NCBI GenBank assembly: GCA_947084985.1
Contig: CAMTUI010000023.1
Coordinates: forward strand, 25,724-89,723
DNA: 64,000 nt
Source of the DNA: Methanobacteriota archaeon
GTDB taxonomy: Archaea > Thermoplasmatota > Thermoplasmata > RBG-16-68-12
Reading direction: 5' to 3'
Shown in pieces: positions 46,038 through 56,492 of the stretch. A program made the translations under genes and the position numbers. The notes under the pieces are model-generated. The model worked only from the letters and a program-made list of their open reading frames with translations, ran no database searches and was not told where the DNA came from. Positions within the stretch are counted from its first letter, which is position 1. Every line of letters starts with the position of its first letter.

Positions 46038-46970
46038 ATGCATGCAACGTGCGTGGAGATTCTCGTCTTCGGTGCGGGTGCGATCGGATCGTTTTTCGGC
46101 GGACTCCTCTCGCGACGCAATCATGTGACGCTCATCGGGAGGGCAGACCACGTCGATGCGATCCGCCAGAACGGTCTGAAAATCTCCGGAAAGACATCGA
46201 TGATCGCGAAGCCGGATGCTGCGACGAAGGTCCCGCACGCGGCGAAACCAGAGATCGTCCTCGTAACGACGAAGGCGTACGACACGGAAGCCGCGATGCG
46301 ATTGCTCGCGCCGTTCGGAAAGACGAGTCTCTTCGTCACGCTACAGAACGGACTCGACAATGCGGACGCGATCGCGCGGACCGCGAGTCGCGTCGTCGCG
46401 GGCACGACCGCGCACGGCGTGACGTTCATCGCGCCAGGCGAGGTGCGTCATGCGGGCGTGGGAGAAACGATTGTGGGCGAGTGGACGGGCGTCGGAGAAT
46501 CGGAACTTGTGCGTCTGCGTGACATCCTCGTCGATTCGGGCATCCTCACGCAGCTCACGAGCGAGATTCGCTCGGAACTTTGGGCGAAGCTCGTCGTGAA
46601 TGCGTCGATTAATCCAGTCGCCGCACTCGCGGCCGTGCCGAACGGTCGGATCGCGAAGGATCGCCGGCTCCGGTCCCTCTCCGAAGCGGTGTGCCGCGAG
46701 GCCGCGGCCGTCGCGAAGGCCGCAGGCGCGCAGATCGACGCAGACGAGCTCGTGCAGCGTACGATCCTCGTCACGAAGCGGACGGCCGCGAACCGCCCGA
46801 GCATGCTCCAGGACCTCGACCGTCACCGGCGCACGGAGATCGATGCGATCACGGGGGCCGTCGTGCGGGCGGCCGAACGGCTGAAGCTGGCCGCCCCGCT
46901 GAACGAGGCCCTGTTTGCCCTCGTGAGGGCGCGGGAGACCGCCCTCCGGAACGCCGCGCCAGGTCCATGA
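46038..46970 (+). CDS. panE: 2-dehydropantoate 2-reductase (ketopantoate reductase, ApbA/PanE family)
   Basis: ILVFGAGAIGSFFGG Rossmann motif, a C-terminal KPR domain. Confidence 0.8.
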   Translation: MHATCVEILVFGAGAIGSFFGGLLSRRNHVTLIGRADHVDAIRQNGLKISGKTSMIAKPDAATKVPHAAKPEIVLVTTKAYDTEAAMRLLAPFGKTSLFVTLQNGLDNADAIARTASRVVAGTTAHGVTFIAPGEVRHAGVGETIVGEWTGVGESELVRLRDILVDSGILTQLTSEIRSELWAKLVVNASINPVAALAAVPNGRIAKDRRLRSLSEAVCREAAAVAKAAGAQIDADELVQRTILVTKRTAANRPSMLQDLDRHRRTEIDAITGAVVRAAERLKLAAPLNEALFALVRARETALRNAAPGP

Positions 46971-47095
46971 GAAACGGCATCCGTTCGACTCCCCTCGGGC
47001 GCACGTTCGCGCCGAACCTTTATAAAGGGATATTTAACTCCCCTCCCCGCCGACGCGCCCGGGCGCTTGTCCGCGGGCGATCGGAGGTGTTCAAC

Positions 47096-47644
47096 GTGGC
47101 CAAGATTAAGATCGAGAACGTGGTCGCATCGACCTCCCTCGGGGAGCAACTCGACCTTCAGGCGATTGCCCTCGCCCTCGGCGGGGCGGAGTACGAACCG
47201 GAGCAGTTCCCGGGCCTGATCTACCGCCTGAAGGAGCCGAAGACGGCGACCCTCCTGTTCCGGAGCGGCAAGGTCGTTTGCACGGGCGCGAAGAGCCTCG
47301 AGCACGTCAAGACGGCCATCGACACGGTGGCGAAGCAGATCGAGGCCGCGGGCATCCCGATCAAGAAGAACCCGGAGATTGAGGTCCAGAACATCGTCGC
47401 CTCGTCCGACCTCGGCGCGCAGATCAACCTGAACGCGATCGCGATCTCCCTCGGCCTGGAGAAGGTCGAGTACGAGCCGGAGCAGTTCCCGGGCCTCGTG
47501 TACCGCATCGACGAGCCGAAGGTCGTCGTCCTCCTCTTCGGCAGCGGCAAGCTCGTCTGCACGGGCGCACGAAAGCCGCAGGACGTCGAGCAGGCCGTCG
47601 AGAAGATCACGCAGGAACTGAAAGCGGCCGGGCTGCTGCGCTGA
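47096..47644 (+). CDS. tbp: TATA-box binding protein (GTG start)
   Basis: Two TBP repeats (ENVVASTSLGEQLDL...; QNIVASSDLGAQINL...). GGAGG 8 nt upstream. Confidence 0.9.
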   Translation: MAKIKIENVVASTSLGEQLDLQAIALALGGAEYEPEQFPGLIYRLKEPKTATLLFRSGKVVCTGAKSLEHVKTAIDTVAKQIEAAGIPIKKNPEIEVQNIVASSDLGAQINLNAIAISLGLEKVEYEPEQFPGLVYRIDEPKVVVLLFGSGKLVCTGARKPQDVEQAVEKITQELKAAGLLR

Positions 47645-47725
47645 CCGTAACGACCCGCGCGTGAGGTACGTGCGAAGAGATTATCGTCCTCCCTCGGATA
47701 GGTCGGGCGCTCGGGGGAAGCGACC

Positions 47726-48574
47726 GTGGTCCGCGCGCTGCCGATCTTCGACAACCACATTCACTTGCGCCCGGAGTTCCAGGGGGTCGAGGCCGCGAAG
47801 GTCTTTGAGAAGGCGGGCGGGACGGCGCTCCTCCTCACGCACACCCCGTACGACGACATCCCGGTGAACCGCGCGGAGGATTACGAGCGCGCGTACCGGA
47901 AGACGCTCGACATGGCGGACGGGGTGCGGACCGCGACGTCCCTCAAGGTGTTCGTCGCCCTGGGGCCGTATCCCATCGAGTTCCTGCATCTCAAGGAGGT
48001 CCACGGTCTCGAGGGCGCAATCGACGAGATGCAGAAGGCGGTCGACATGGCGGCGCGACACATCGCGCAGGGACGCGCGATCGCTTTCGGCGAGATCGGG
48101 CGGCCGCACTTCCCCGTCGGCCAGGAGATCATCCGCGCATGCAACGACCTCCTCGCGTACGCCATGGAAGCCGCGAAACGCCTCGGGTGCGCCGTCATCC
48201 TGCACACGGAGGACCCGACGCCGGAAACGTTCGCGGAGTTCGCCGGGATCGCGTCACGGGCTGGACTCGACCGGAATCGCGTCGTGAAACACCATTCGAC
48301 GCCGCTTACGCGGCCCGAGGACAACCACGGGCTCGTGCCGTCCATCCTGGCGAAGGAGGATCTCGTCGTCGAGGCGCTCAAGGGCGGCCCGCGGTTCCTC
48401 CTGGAGACGGACTACATCGACGATCCGCATCGGCCCGGCGCGGTCCTGGGACCCGCGACGGTCCCGAGGAAGACGAAGGCGTGGATCGAGAAAGGGCTAC
48501 TGACCGAAGAGCAGGCATGGACGATCCATGCGGACCTGCCCGAGCGGACGTACAGGATCGACCTGCGCACCTAG
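47726..48574 (+). CDS. TatD-related metal-dependent hydrolase
   Basis: IFDNHIHL HxH motif at the N-terminus; TIM-barrel amidohydrolase pattern. Confidence 0.7.
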   Translation: MVRALPIFDNHIHLRPEFQGVEAAKVFEKAGGTALLLTHTPYDDIPVNRAEDYERAYRKTLDMADGVRTATSLKVFVALGPYPIEFLHLKEVHGLEGAIDEMQKAVDMAARHIAQGRAIAFGEIGRPHFPVGQEIIRACNDLLAYAMEAAKRLGCAVILHTEDPTPETFAEFAGIASRAGLDRNRVVKHHSTPLTRPEDNHGLVPSILAKEDLVVEALKGGPRFLLETDYIDDPHRPGAVLGPATVPRKTKAWIEKGLLTEEQAWTIHADLPERTYRIDLRT

Positions 48575-48718
48575 CGCGCGCCGGGGGGCGAAACCTCGGT
48601 GATCTCCCCGTAACCGGTGAGGGCCATGATCAACCCGATCAGGGCGAGGATCAGGATGACAATCGCGGCGATGGTCGTGCCGCCACTCATGGGGAAAGGC
48701 AGCCCGACGAGGGCGAGC
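48571..48718 (-). CDS. Possible small hydrophobic peptide (39-49 aa), convergent with and overlapping the tatD-like stop
   Basis: VLALVGLPFPMSGGTTIAAIVILILALIGLIMALTGYGEITEVSPPGAR. Below the ORF-track length cutoff; low confidence. Confidence 0.2.
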
Positions 48719-48842
48719 ACGATCGCGAGGAGCAGAAGCGAAATTCCCGTCAGGATTCGAGCAAGACCCCGCCGGAACGCTGCATCAACGGGCTGGCCAT
48801 CGTATCACCAACGGAACGACGCGGATAAGAATTGCGGCGTCC

Positions 48843-49118
48843 TCAGTGCCGCACGTGGAACCCTTCGACCTCTCCCTGCACCTCGGCCCACGAGACCTCG
48901 ACGCCCGAGACGCGCGCATACGGCTGCGAGGTCTTGTTCCACTCGATGCACTTCTCGATCGCGGCTCTGTCTCCCTCGAAGATGGCCTCGACGCTCCCGT
49001 CCGTCAGGTTCCGGACGTATCCGTCGAGTCCGAGGGACTGCGCTCTCTCTGCGCAGTGCGCCCGGAAGTACACACCCTGGACGCGCCCTCGGAAGATCAC
49101 GACCGCGCGGACCCGCAC
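48843..49118 (-). CDS. acyP: Acylphosphatase
   Basis: VIFRGRVQGVYFR signature. Confidence 0.85.
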   Translation of the reverse strand: MRVRAVVIFRGRVQGVYFRAHCAERAQSLGLDGYVRNLTDGSVEAIFEGDRAAIEKCIEWNKTSQPYARVSGVEVSWAEVQGEVEGFHVRH

Positions 49119-49147
49119 GGTCGCGAGGGAAAGGGGGCGCGCAAAAG

Positions 49148-49160
49148 AACCTTATTATAG
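49148..49160 (+). promoter_or_regulatory. TATA box (ccttattatagcg) about 40 nt upstream of the CBS-domain gene
   Basis: AT-rich hexamer in a GC-rich context, at the expected distance from ATG 49200. Confidence 0.4.
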
Positions 49161-49199
49161 CGCGGGCCGATATGCGCTCCTCCCTGTAGCAGGGTTCTC

Positions 49200-50349
49200 C
49201 ATGAAACGGGACAAGGTCCAGGATTGGACGGTCTCCGACTTCATGTCGACGGACCTTGTGACCGCAACGCCCGATGAGACGATCGCGGACGCGCGCGGGA
49301 AGATGAAGACCCACGACGTCCACGAGTTGCCGGTCCTTGACGGGAAGAAGCTCGTCGGCGTTGTGACGATGCGCGAGCTGATGCGGCGAAAGAACATCTC
49401 GCCCGCGACGAAGGTGTCGACGGTCCTCCAAGCCGCCCCGGACGTCACGCCAACCATGCGCCTCCCGGAGGTCGCCGAGCGGATGATCTCGAGCGGCTTC
49501 CGCGCGATTCCGGTAATCAAGGACAAGCGCCTCGCCGGAATCCTGTCCCGCTCGGACCTCGTGCGCGCCCTCGTCCAGGCGAAGAGCCTCGAGGGCCTCA
49601 AGGCGAGCGAGTTCATGACGCCGAACCCGCAGTGCGTTGCGGAGGATGACACGGTCGAGCACGCGGTCCAGACCATGCGGTCCCTCGGCGAGCGGTCGAT
49701 TCCTGTCGTCGACAAGAACCGGCGTCTGAAGGGCGTCCTCGGACTGAAGGACGTCGTGGACCTGTTCTCGAAGCCGAAGGTGCGGGAGCAGTACGGGGAC
49801 CGCGTGGGGCGCGAGGAGAAGGTGACCCTCGACGTGAAGGGCGTCATGCGGTATCCGCCCGTGACAATCGGGCCCGAGGCCACGGTCCATCGCGCGGGGG
49901 AGCTGATGGTCAAGAACCGGATCTCCTCGATCATCGTCACGGACAAGGACGAGCCCGTAGGGATCATCACGACACAGGACCTCATGCAATTCGTCGCCGG
50001 GTTGCGGGAGCGGGAGCAGCTCTTCGTCGAGATCGGCGGGTTCGACGACGACCCGCGCGACGAATACGACATGATGTACGACGTGATCCAGAAGGAGATG
50101 CGGCGGATCGCGCAGCTCGTGCGGCCGCGAACCCTGACAATCCATGTGCAGAAGTACAAGCCGGAAGGAGACCGCTGGAAGTATTCCCTCCGGGCCCGCT
50201 TCACGACCTCGCACCGGATCTACTACGCGCACCATTTCGACTGGGATCTGCACCTCGCGCTGAGCGACCTCCTCGAGACCCTGTACAAGCGTATCGTCAA
50301 GGAGAAGGAGCGCAAGGTCACGGAGAGGAAGCGGGGCCGGTCAACGTAG
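49200..50349 (+). CDS. CBS-domain protein (4 CBS repeats) with ~100-aa C-terminal domain of unknown function
   Basis: Repeated CBS patterns (VHELPVLDGKKLVGVVT, FRAIPVIKDKRLAGILS, RSIPVVDKNRRLKGVLG, ISSIIVTDKDEPVGIIT). Confidence 0.8.
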
Positions 50350-51348
50350 GTTCCAGAAGGTCCGGTGGACCGCCATCGTCGCCTCGATGGCCGCGCGTCC
50401 TCGGCCCTTGTCGTCGAGCACGTCTTTGAGCCGGAACTCGAGGGAGCGGCCCTGGAACCGGGCGGCAATCCCCGCCACGACCTCCGCGACCGCATCCAGG
50501 TGGTAGCCGCCCTCGAGGGCCACGACGAGGCGCCCGTTGCAAAGGCTCGACGCAGCAGCCGCGCTCCGCGCCACGAGCTCCACGTACCCGGGCGAGGACA
50601 GCGCGAGGGACGTGAGCGGGTCCCGGTAGTGGGCGTCGATCCCGAGGCTCATGAGGATCGCCTCGGGCCTGAATTCCCGCAGGATCGGTTCGATTAGCGT
50701 GTCGTAGGCGATGAAGTACGACGAATCCCCGCAGCCCGCGGTGAACGGGATGTTCACGGTGAACCCGCGGCCGTCGCCCTTACCGACGTCCGCCGCGGGG
50801 CCCGTCCCCGGATAAATCCCGTACTGGTGCGTCGAGATGTAGAGGACGGACGCCTCGTCCGAGAAGATCTCGCTCGTGCCGTTCCCGTGGTGCGCGTCAT
50901 AGTCCAGGATCGCAACGCGCCGACCCTCGGCGACTTGTTCCGCCGCCGCGGCGGCCACGTTGTTCAGGTAACAGAACCCGCCGCCGTAGTCGGGTCCCGC
51001 ATGATGGCCCGGAGGTCGGACCAGGGCGATCACCGGCTGCCCCTCCCGGATCGCCGTACGCGTGGCCTGCAGGGTCGCCCCGGTCGCCAGGAGCGCGATG
51101 TCGAACGTCTCCGGATGGACCGCCGTCTCCGGATCCAGGAAGCCCTCGGTCAGGGTCCGGAAGTACTCGATGTACGTCTTCCGGTGGACCCTCTCGACGT
51201 CCGGAATCGACGCGGGCGCGGGCTTCGCGACCTCCGAGAACAGCCGCTCGGCCTTCAGGCGGTCCACGATCGCCCCGAGGCGCTCCGGCCGCTCCACGTG
51301 GAGGGGCGAGGAGACGTGCTCGAGAAATCGGGGGTCGTAGACGAGCAT
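50341..51348 (-). CDS. Histone deacetylase family protein (AcuC/HDAC-like)
   Basis: PPGHHA, FCYLNN, DYDAHHGNGT and SLGIDAH motifs. Confidence 0.85.
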   Translation of the reverse strand: MLVYDPRFLEHVSSPLHVERPERLGAIVDRLKAERLFSEVAKPAPASIPDVERVHRKTYIEYFRTLTEGFLDPETAVHPETFDIALLATGATLQATRTAIREGQPVIALVRPPGHHAGPDYGGGFCYLNNVAAAAAEQVAEGRRVAILDYDAHHGNGTSEIFSDEASVLYISTHQYGIYPGTGPAADVGKGDGRGFTVNIPFTAGCGDSSYFIAYDTLIEPILREFRPEAILMSLGIDAHYRDPLTSLALSSPGYVELVARSAAAASSLCNGRLVVALEGGYHLDAVAEVVAGIAARFQGRSLEFRLKDVLDDKGRGRAAIEATMAVHRTFWNLR

Positions 51349-51537
51349 GCGCGTGGGAACGGCCGGGCGGACTTCAAGGCATCGTACCCCGTCCCACGGA
51401 GGAATCCGGCGTCGCGCGCAGGGCCTTCCGGCAAAATATCACCGCTGAAAATCACCCCGCGAAACATCTGAGAATTATGTCGGCACCCTTAAGCAAGTTT
51501 GAATCATATCTTTCGGAATCAGCGGAACGGAGCCGGG

Positions 51538-53514
51538 ATGAGGCACTTTTCCTCCATGAGCGTTGCAGCGATCCTCCTCGTGGGGGCCCTCGCCGCGGCC
51601 GGTTCCGTGAGCCTCATCCGCCCGACCGCGCATCCGACCCGGGACGAAGGGATGAGCTTCTGGGAGGGTGCCGCGCGCGGGCTCGTGCGCGTGACGATGG
51701 TCGACGTGACGTACGAGCGGGGGGACCACACGGTCACCGCGCCGGTCGGCGTCCGCGTGGACAACGCAGCCGACGTGCCCGTCGTCATCCCGGAGGAAGC
51801 GCTCCTGATGAATCCGCATCCGCTGCAGGCACCTCCCGATCCGGCAAGCACGACGCAGGACGCGGTCCTCCCCGTACACACGGTCCCCGCGGGCGGTTCC
51901 GTGCTCTTCTCGTTTGGAGAGGAGGTGCTCCGCGGATTCGTCGACGGACCTCCGTGGTGGTGCTCCGAGGAGTTCCAGTTCACCCATGCGGACGTCGAGT
52001 TCCGTGTCCGTGGCGAGACGCTCCCATTCGCCTTGCGGCCTCTCCTGGCCGACGAGTACTACGACGGCCCGGACGCGAACACGCAGGCGGACTTCTGGCG
52101 GTACATGCGGGAGCACGCGACCGTCGTCGTCGGGAAGGATCCCTTGTGGACGGCAATCGATGCGTCCCCGGGCCAGCGGATCCCCGTGACGCTCGCCGCG
52201 ACGAACCTCGCGATCTACACGTTTGAGGACGACCTCGCGGTCGACGTGAACGTGACCGCCGGGGTCCTCGAGGACGACATTCCTGCCGGGTGGGCGGTGG
52301 AGGAGGGGAGCTACTCGACGATGCCGGACGAGGTCGCGGTCCACGACGACGGCTCGATGACGATCCGCTGGGCCGTCGATCTGCCGGCGGCCCTCGAGAG
52401 CGATTCGGACGACCCGACGTTCCCGACGGACTACGAGGCGGTCACGCGGTCGTATGTCCTCGTATCGCCGCAGCTCTCGCCGGGCCGCGTGGAGCTGCCG
52501 CGCGCGCGCTCCGACACGAATGCCGACGGCGAGGCGGATGCGCACAGCGCGCCGGCCCTCGTCGACGCCGTCCTCGCGGGCGCGCCAATCGCCGACGCGG
52601 GCGGGCCGTACGAAGGGATCGAAGGGGACACGATCGTCCTGAGCGCCATCGGGTCGACGGATCCACAGGGGGACCCGCTCCAGTACCGATGGGACTTCAC
52701 GAACGACGGGACCTTCGACACGGACTGGTCGCCGGACCCGACCGCGGACGCGCGGTACACGGACGACTTCGCCGGCGTTGCGGCGGTCGAGGTGACGGAC
52801 GGCACACATGTCTCCGGGGACTTCGCTTCCGTGCGGATCGATAACGCCGCGCCGGAGATCCGCTCCCTCCTGGCGTTCGTCCAGGCGGCCTTCCGTCTCG
52901 AGGTGGCTGGGGAGCGCTGGCATGACATCCGCCTGACGTTGACGATCGGGGCGGAAACTCTCGCGAGCTTGGAGGTCATCCGGGAGCCCGGATCTCCGAG
53001 CGCCCAGGCCGCGGAGACAGATGTCCTCACCTGGGGCCTCGACGAGGAGGCCGCCCTCACGATCGAGTACACTCCCCTGGACGATCGCGTGAACGGGCGA
53101 CCTCCGGGCGACAACCCGGTGTGGCTGCACATCCTCTTCCCGGACGGACGCGACCTCCGCATCGCGCACAACTTCAACACGCAGCACCCGTCCACCTGGG
53201 TTTGGACCTACGATGACCTGACGGCGTTCTTCCTCCGAGAGGGCATCACGTTCCGCGCGGGCCTCTACGACGCGGGGAGCGACGACCTGACGGCGGGGTG
53301 GGACTTCGGCGACGGGGAGACGGACACGAGGACGTACTTCAACGACGGAATCGAGCCGGACAGACCCGAGAGCCAGGGCGGGATCGCACCGTTCCATCCG
53401 TATGCGACCGCGGTCCACGGATATCGCGGCGCGGGGACGTACGTCGTCGTGCTCACGGTCCGCGACGACGACGGAGGCGTTGCAGAGATCCGCAGGACGT
53501 GGGATCTCCGCTGA
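51538..53514 (+). CDS. Secreted protein with two PKD domains
   Basis: Signal peptide MSVAAILLVGALAAAG. PKD motifs (PLQYRWDFTNDGTFD; AGWDFGDGETD...YVVVLTVRDDDGG). Confidence 0.7.
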   Translation: MRHFSSMSVAAILLVGALAAAGSVSLIRPTAHPTRDEGMSFWEGAARGLVRVTMVDVTYERGDHTVTAPVGVRVDNAADVPVVIPEEALLMNPHPLQAPPDPASTTQDAVLPVHTVPAGGSVLFSFGEEVLRGFVDGPPWWCSEEFQFTHADVEFRVRGETLPFALRPLLADEYYDGPDANTQADFWRYMREHATVVVGKDPLWTAIDASPGQRIPVTLAATNLAIYTFEDDLAVDVNVTAGVLEDDIPAGWAVEEGSYSTMPDEVAVHDDGSMTIRWAVDLPAALESDSDDPTFPTDYEAVTRSYVLVSPQLSPGRVELPRARSDTNADGEADAHSAPALVDAVLAGAPIADAGGPYEGIEGDTIVLSAIGSTDPQGDPLQYRWDFTNDGTFDTDWSPDPTADARYTDDFAGVAAVEVTDGTHVSGDFASVRIDNAAPEIRSLLAFVQAAFRLEVAGERWHDIRLTLTIGAETLASLEVIREPGSPSAQAAETDVLTWGLDEEAALTIEYTPLDDRVNGRPPGDNPVWLHILFPDGRDLRIAHNFNTQHPSTWVWTYDDLTAFFLREGITFRAGLYDAGSDDLTAGWDFGDGETDTRTYFNDGIEPDRPESQGGIAPFHPYATAVHGYRGAGTYVVVLTVRDDDGGVAEIRRTWDLR

Positions 53515-53554
53515 TCCGGGAAAAGCTCTTGTAACGGCCCGCTGTCTCGGGAGC

Positions 53555-54106
53555 ATGCTCGAGGCGCGTCGGGTCCTGCGTGGGACGCGCGTCGTCCTCC
53601 GGCCCCTCGCGGCATCCGACCTTCGCCGGTGCGTGAAGTGGTTCTCCGATCCGCAGGTCATCCACTTCCTCGGGCGGAGTCACCCGGTGACCCTGGCCGG
53701 GGAGGAGCGGTGGTTCCGGGATTACGAGCGCCGGGCGGACGAGCAGATCTTCGCGATCGAGGTCGACGGGACCCACGTCGGCAACCTTGGACTCCACCGG
53801 ATCGACCGGACGCACCGCAAGGCAGAGATCGGGATCGTGATCGGCGAGCCGGACTACTGGGACCGCGGGTTCGGGACGGAGGCGATGGACGTCGCGCTGC
53901 GATATGCGTTCGGCGTCCTGCAGGTTCACAAGGTCTCCCTTGAGGTCCTCGAGTACAACCAGCGGGCGCTTCGAACCTACGAGAGGCTAGGCTTCCAGCG
54001 GGAGGGCGTGCACCGCGAGGACGTGTACAAGGACGGGCGGTTCGTCAACGTCGTGCGGATGAGCCTCCTCGCCGGGGAGCAACGCGGCGCGTCGGCCGCT
54101 TCGTAG
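53555..54106 (+). CDS. GNAT family N-acetyltransferase (RimJ/RimL-like)
   Basis: HVGNLGLHRID...AEIGIVIGEPDYWDRGFGTEA...YERLGF. Confidence 0.75.
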   Translation: MLEARRVLRGTRVVLRPLAASDLRRCVKWFSDPQVIHFLGRSHPVTLAGEERWFRDYERRADEQIFAIEVDGTHVGNLGLHRIDRTHRKAEIGIVIGEPDYWDRGFGTEAMDVALRYAFGVLQVHKVSLEVLEYNQRALRTYERLGFQREGVHREDVYKDGRFVNVVRMSLLAGEQRGASAAS

Positions 54107-54117
54107 ACGCGGGCGTG

Positions 54118-55209
54118 TCACAGCTCGATCAGGTCGCGCGGCGCCGTGCTCATGTACGTCGGCTCGCGCCGGCCAATCAGCACGTCGTCCTCGATCCGGA
54201 CGCCCCCGAAGCCCGGCACGTACACGCCGGGCTCGTTCGTGAACACCATGTTCGGCCGCAGGACGACGTCGGTCGACGGGTTCAGGGCGCCGCCGTCGTG
54301 CACCGCGAGGCCGATCGAATGCCCGAGGCCGTGGATGAACCGGCCCTTGTACTTCGTGCCGTCAATCAAGCGCCTCGCGGCCGCATCGACCGCCTTGCCG
54401 CGCACACCGGGCCTCATCTTCGCGAGGGCAGCCGCTTGGGCGCGCGCGACCGTGCTGTGCATCGCTCGCTGCTCGTCGGAGGCCTTCCCGACGACGACCG
54501 TCCGCGTGACGTCGGAGCAGTACATGTCGTACAGCGCCCCGAAGTCGATGACGATCATGTCGCCCCCCCGAATCTTCCGCGGCCCCGCCGTGTAGTGCGG
54601 CACTGCGCCGTTCGGGCCCGAGCCGACGATCGTGCGGAACGACGGGCCTGTCGCCCCGTTCCTCTGCATCCGGTAGACGAGCTCCGCGGCGATCTCCGCC
54701 TCCGTGACCCCGGGCTGGATGAACGGCAGGAGGGCCTGGAAGGACTGGGACGCGATGTCGCAGGCCCTTTGGATGAGCTCGAGCTCCTTCGCGTCCTTCA
54801 CGAGACGCGCCTTGACGACCGAGTCGGAGACGTCGGCGAAGCGCGCGGACTTCGGCGCGAGCTTCCGGAGCCGCTCGAAGGCGGCGTGCGTCAGCTCGCT
54901 CGCATTCACGCCAATCCTCCGATGACCGCGAAGGAGATCTCGCATGTGCTCCGTCGACTCGTCCCGCGTCCGGAACACGCGAAGCGGGAGGCCGGTCTTC
55001 TTCGCCTCCTCCTCCTCCAGGGCGGACGTTGTGATCTGGCAGCCGCCGTCGGGCGTGAGCCACGCGGCGCAGCTTTCGAACAGGCCGTCCGTCAGGCCCG
55101 TCGCGTAGAAGAACGACATGTCGATGTGCGGCTCGACGGAGTTAAGGAAAACGATCAGATCGAGGCCGTCGTCCACGTTGCGGAAGATTCGCTTCACCCG
55201 ATCCCGCAT
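54118..55209 (-). CDS. Xaa-Pro aminopeptidase/dipeptidase (peptidase M24B)
   Basis: Creatinase-like N-domain plus pita-bread fold (HGLGHSIGLAVHD, NMVFTNEPGVY). The 779-aa six-frame ORF extends out of frame through the rpr2 and permease regions. Confidence 0.85.
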   Translation of the reverse strand: MRDRVKRIFRNVDDGLDLIVFLNSVEPHIDMSFFYATGLTDGLFESCAAWLTPDGGCQITTSALEEEEAKKTGLPLRVFRTRDESTEHMRDLLRGHRRIGVNASELTHAAFERLRKLAPKSARFADVSDSVVKARLVKDAKELELIQRACDIASQSFQALLPFIQPGVTEAEIAAELVYRMQRNGATGPSFRTIVGSGPNGAVPHYTAGPRKIRGGDMIVIDFGALYDMYCSDVTRTVVVGKASDEQRAMHSTVARAQAAALAKMRPGVRGKAVDAAARRLIDGTKYKGRFIHGLGHSIGLAVHDGGALNPSTDVVLRPNMVFTNEPGVYVPGFGGVRIEDDVLIGRREPTYMSTAPRDLIEL

Positions 55210-55320
55210 CGAAGTCCCTTGACGAAAGAGGGCCGCGATAGTTAAAGATTCGTCGGGCGCCAAGGGTTTTATGGCCGCATACGCGTCCACGGTCCTGTGC
55301 CGAAGCGCCGCCACCGGGGG

Positions 55321-55647
55321 ATGGAGCGACGGATCGCCCTCGAAAGGATGACGACTCTCTTCCGGCTCGCGGAGTCCGAAGCGATACAGGAACATCCGGA
55401 GCGGGCGCGCCGCTACGTCGAGCTCGCACGGAAGATCGGCATGCGGTACAACGTTCGCACCCCTGCAAACTTCCGGCGGTCGTTCTGCAAGTCGTGCCGC
55501 GCGTACCTCGTGCCCTCCCGAAACGCCCGCGTCCGCGTGGACGAAGGGCGGATCATCGTCACGTGCGGCGCGTGCGGCGCGGTCCAGAGGCGACCGTATC
55601 GGCGGGAACAGGCGGCCCGGCGGAAGGCGCGCGCACGATCTCAGTAG
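55321..55647 (+). CDS. rnp4: RNase P protein component 4 (Rpr2/Rpp21 family)
   Basis: CKSCRAYLVPSRNARVRVDEGRIIVTCGACG zinc ribbon; basic N-terminal helix. Confidence 0.7.
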   Translation: MERRIALERMTTLFRLAESEAIQEHPERARRYVELARKIGMRYNVRTPANFRRSFCKSCRAYLVPSRNARVRVDEGRIIVTCGACGAVQRRPYRREQAARRKARARSQ

Positions 55648-56492
55648 GAGGTCGTCATGTCGATCTTGCCCGCCTTCCGGGCGAAATACTCGCCCATCTT
55701 GAAGATCAGGATGCTCAGGACGAAGAACGCGAGCGACGAGACGAGCAGGAGCATCAGGATCCCCAGGTCGTCGTACCCCTGGAGCGTCGTGTCGATGTCC
55801 AGGCTTGGCGAGATGAGCCGTCGGGTGATGTCGAACCAGTACGTGAGCGGAATCGCACGACCGGCGGCTTGGCCCCAGTCCGGGAGGACGGACAGGGGGA
55901 ACAGGACCCCGCAGAAGACGTAGAAGAGGCCGGGGATTCCCTCCGCGAGACCGTGCGTGTGCTTCGCCGTGAGGAACGAGATCCCCCCGAGGCAGATGCC
56001 GATCGCGAGGAGGACCGCGAGGCCCAGCACGAGGCTCACGAGGAACATCGGGAGGCTCACGAGGGAGAGGTGAATCTGGACATCGAGGAACAGGACGCCG
56101 AACAGGAGGGTGATCAGGACCGCGAACGCGGCCACGGCGATCTTCGACGCCGCTCGGCCCAGGATGTATACGTAATAGGAGATGGGCGAGATGTACACGT
56201 AGCGGATCGTCTGGTACCACTCCCGGTCCGCCTGAATCACCTGGAACGTCCCGAACAGCGTCGAGGCGACGAAGATGAAGAACGAGTTCCCCACGTACAT
56301 GTAGGAGAAGGCGGAGAGGTCCGTGCGCCCGAAGAGGATCGCGAAGACCGTGTACATGAGGACGAGGATGAAGGCGCCCGCCACGGGCTTCACCACGGAG
56401 TAGACCATGAAGAGCCATGGCTCCGTCCAGTTCGAGTCCATCTCCCAGCCGAGCCACGCGGCCGTCTTGAAGGTCCGCCAGTACGTGTTCAC
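55641..56492 (-). CDS. ABC-2 type transporter permease (GTG start overlapping upstream stop, GTGA)
   Basis: 6 TM helices, ABC-2 family pattern. Confidence 0.7.
   Translation of the reverse strand: MNTYWRTFKTAAWLGWEMDSNWTEPWLFMVYSVVKPVAGAFILVLMYTVFAILFGRTDLSAFSYMYVGNSFFIFVASTLFGTFQVIQADREWYQTIRYVYISPISYYVYILGRAASKIAVAAFAVLITLLFGVLFLDVQIHLSLVSLPMFLVSLVLGLAVLLAIGICLGGISFLTAKHTHGLAEGIPGLFYVFCGVLFPLSVLPDWGQAAGRAIPLTYWFDITRRLISPSLDIDTTLQGYDDLGILMLLLVSSLAFFVLSILIFKMGEYFARKAGKIDMTTSY

Noticed and set aside
54118-56457. 779-aa ORF on the minus strand
   Set aside because: Only the C-terminal 363 aa (from MRDRVKRIF, 55209) are the M24 peptidase. The rest is antisense to rpr2 and overlaps the ABC-2 permease in another frame.
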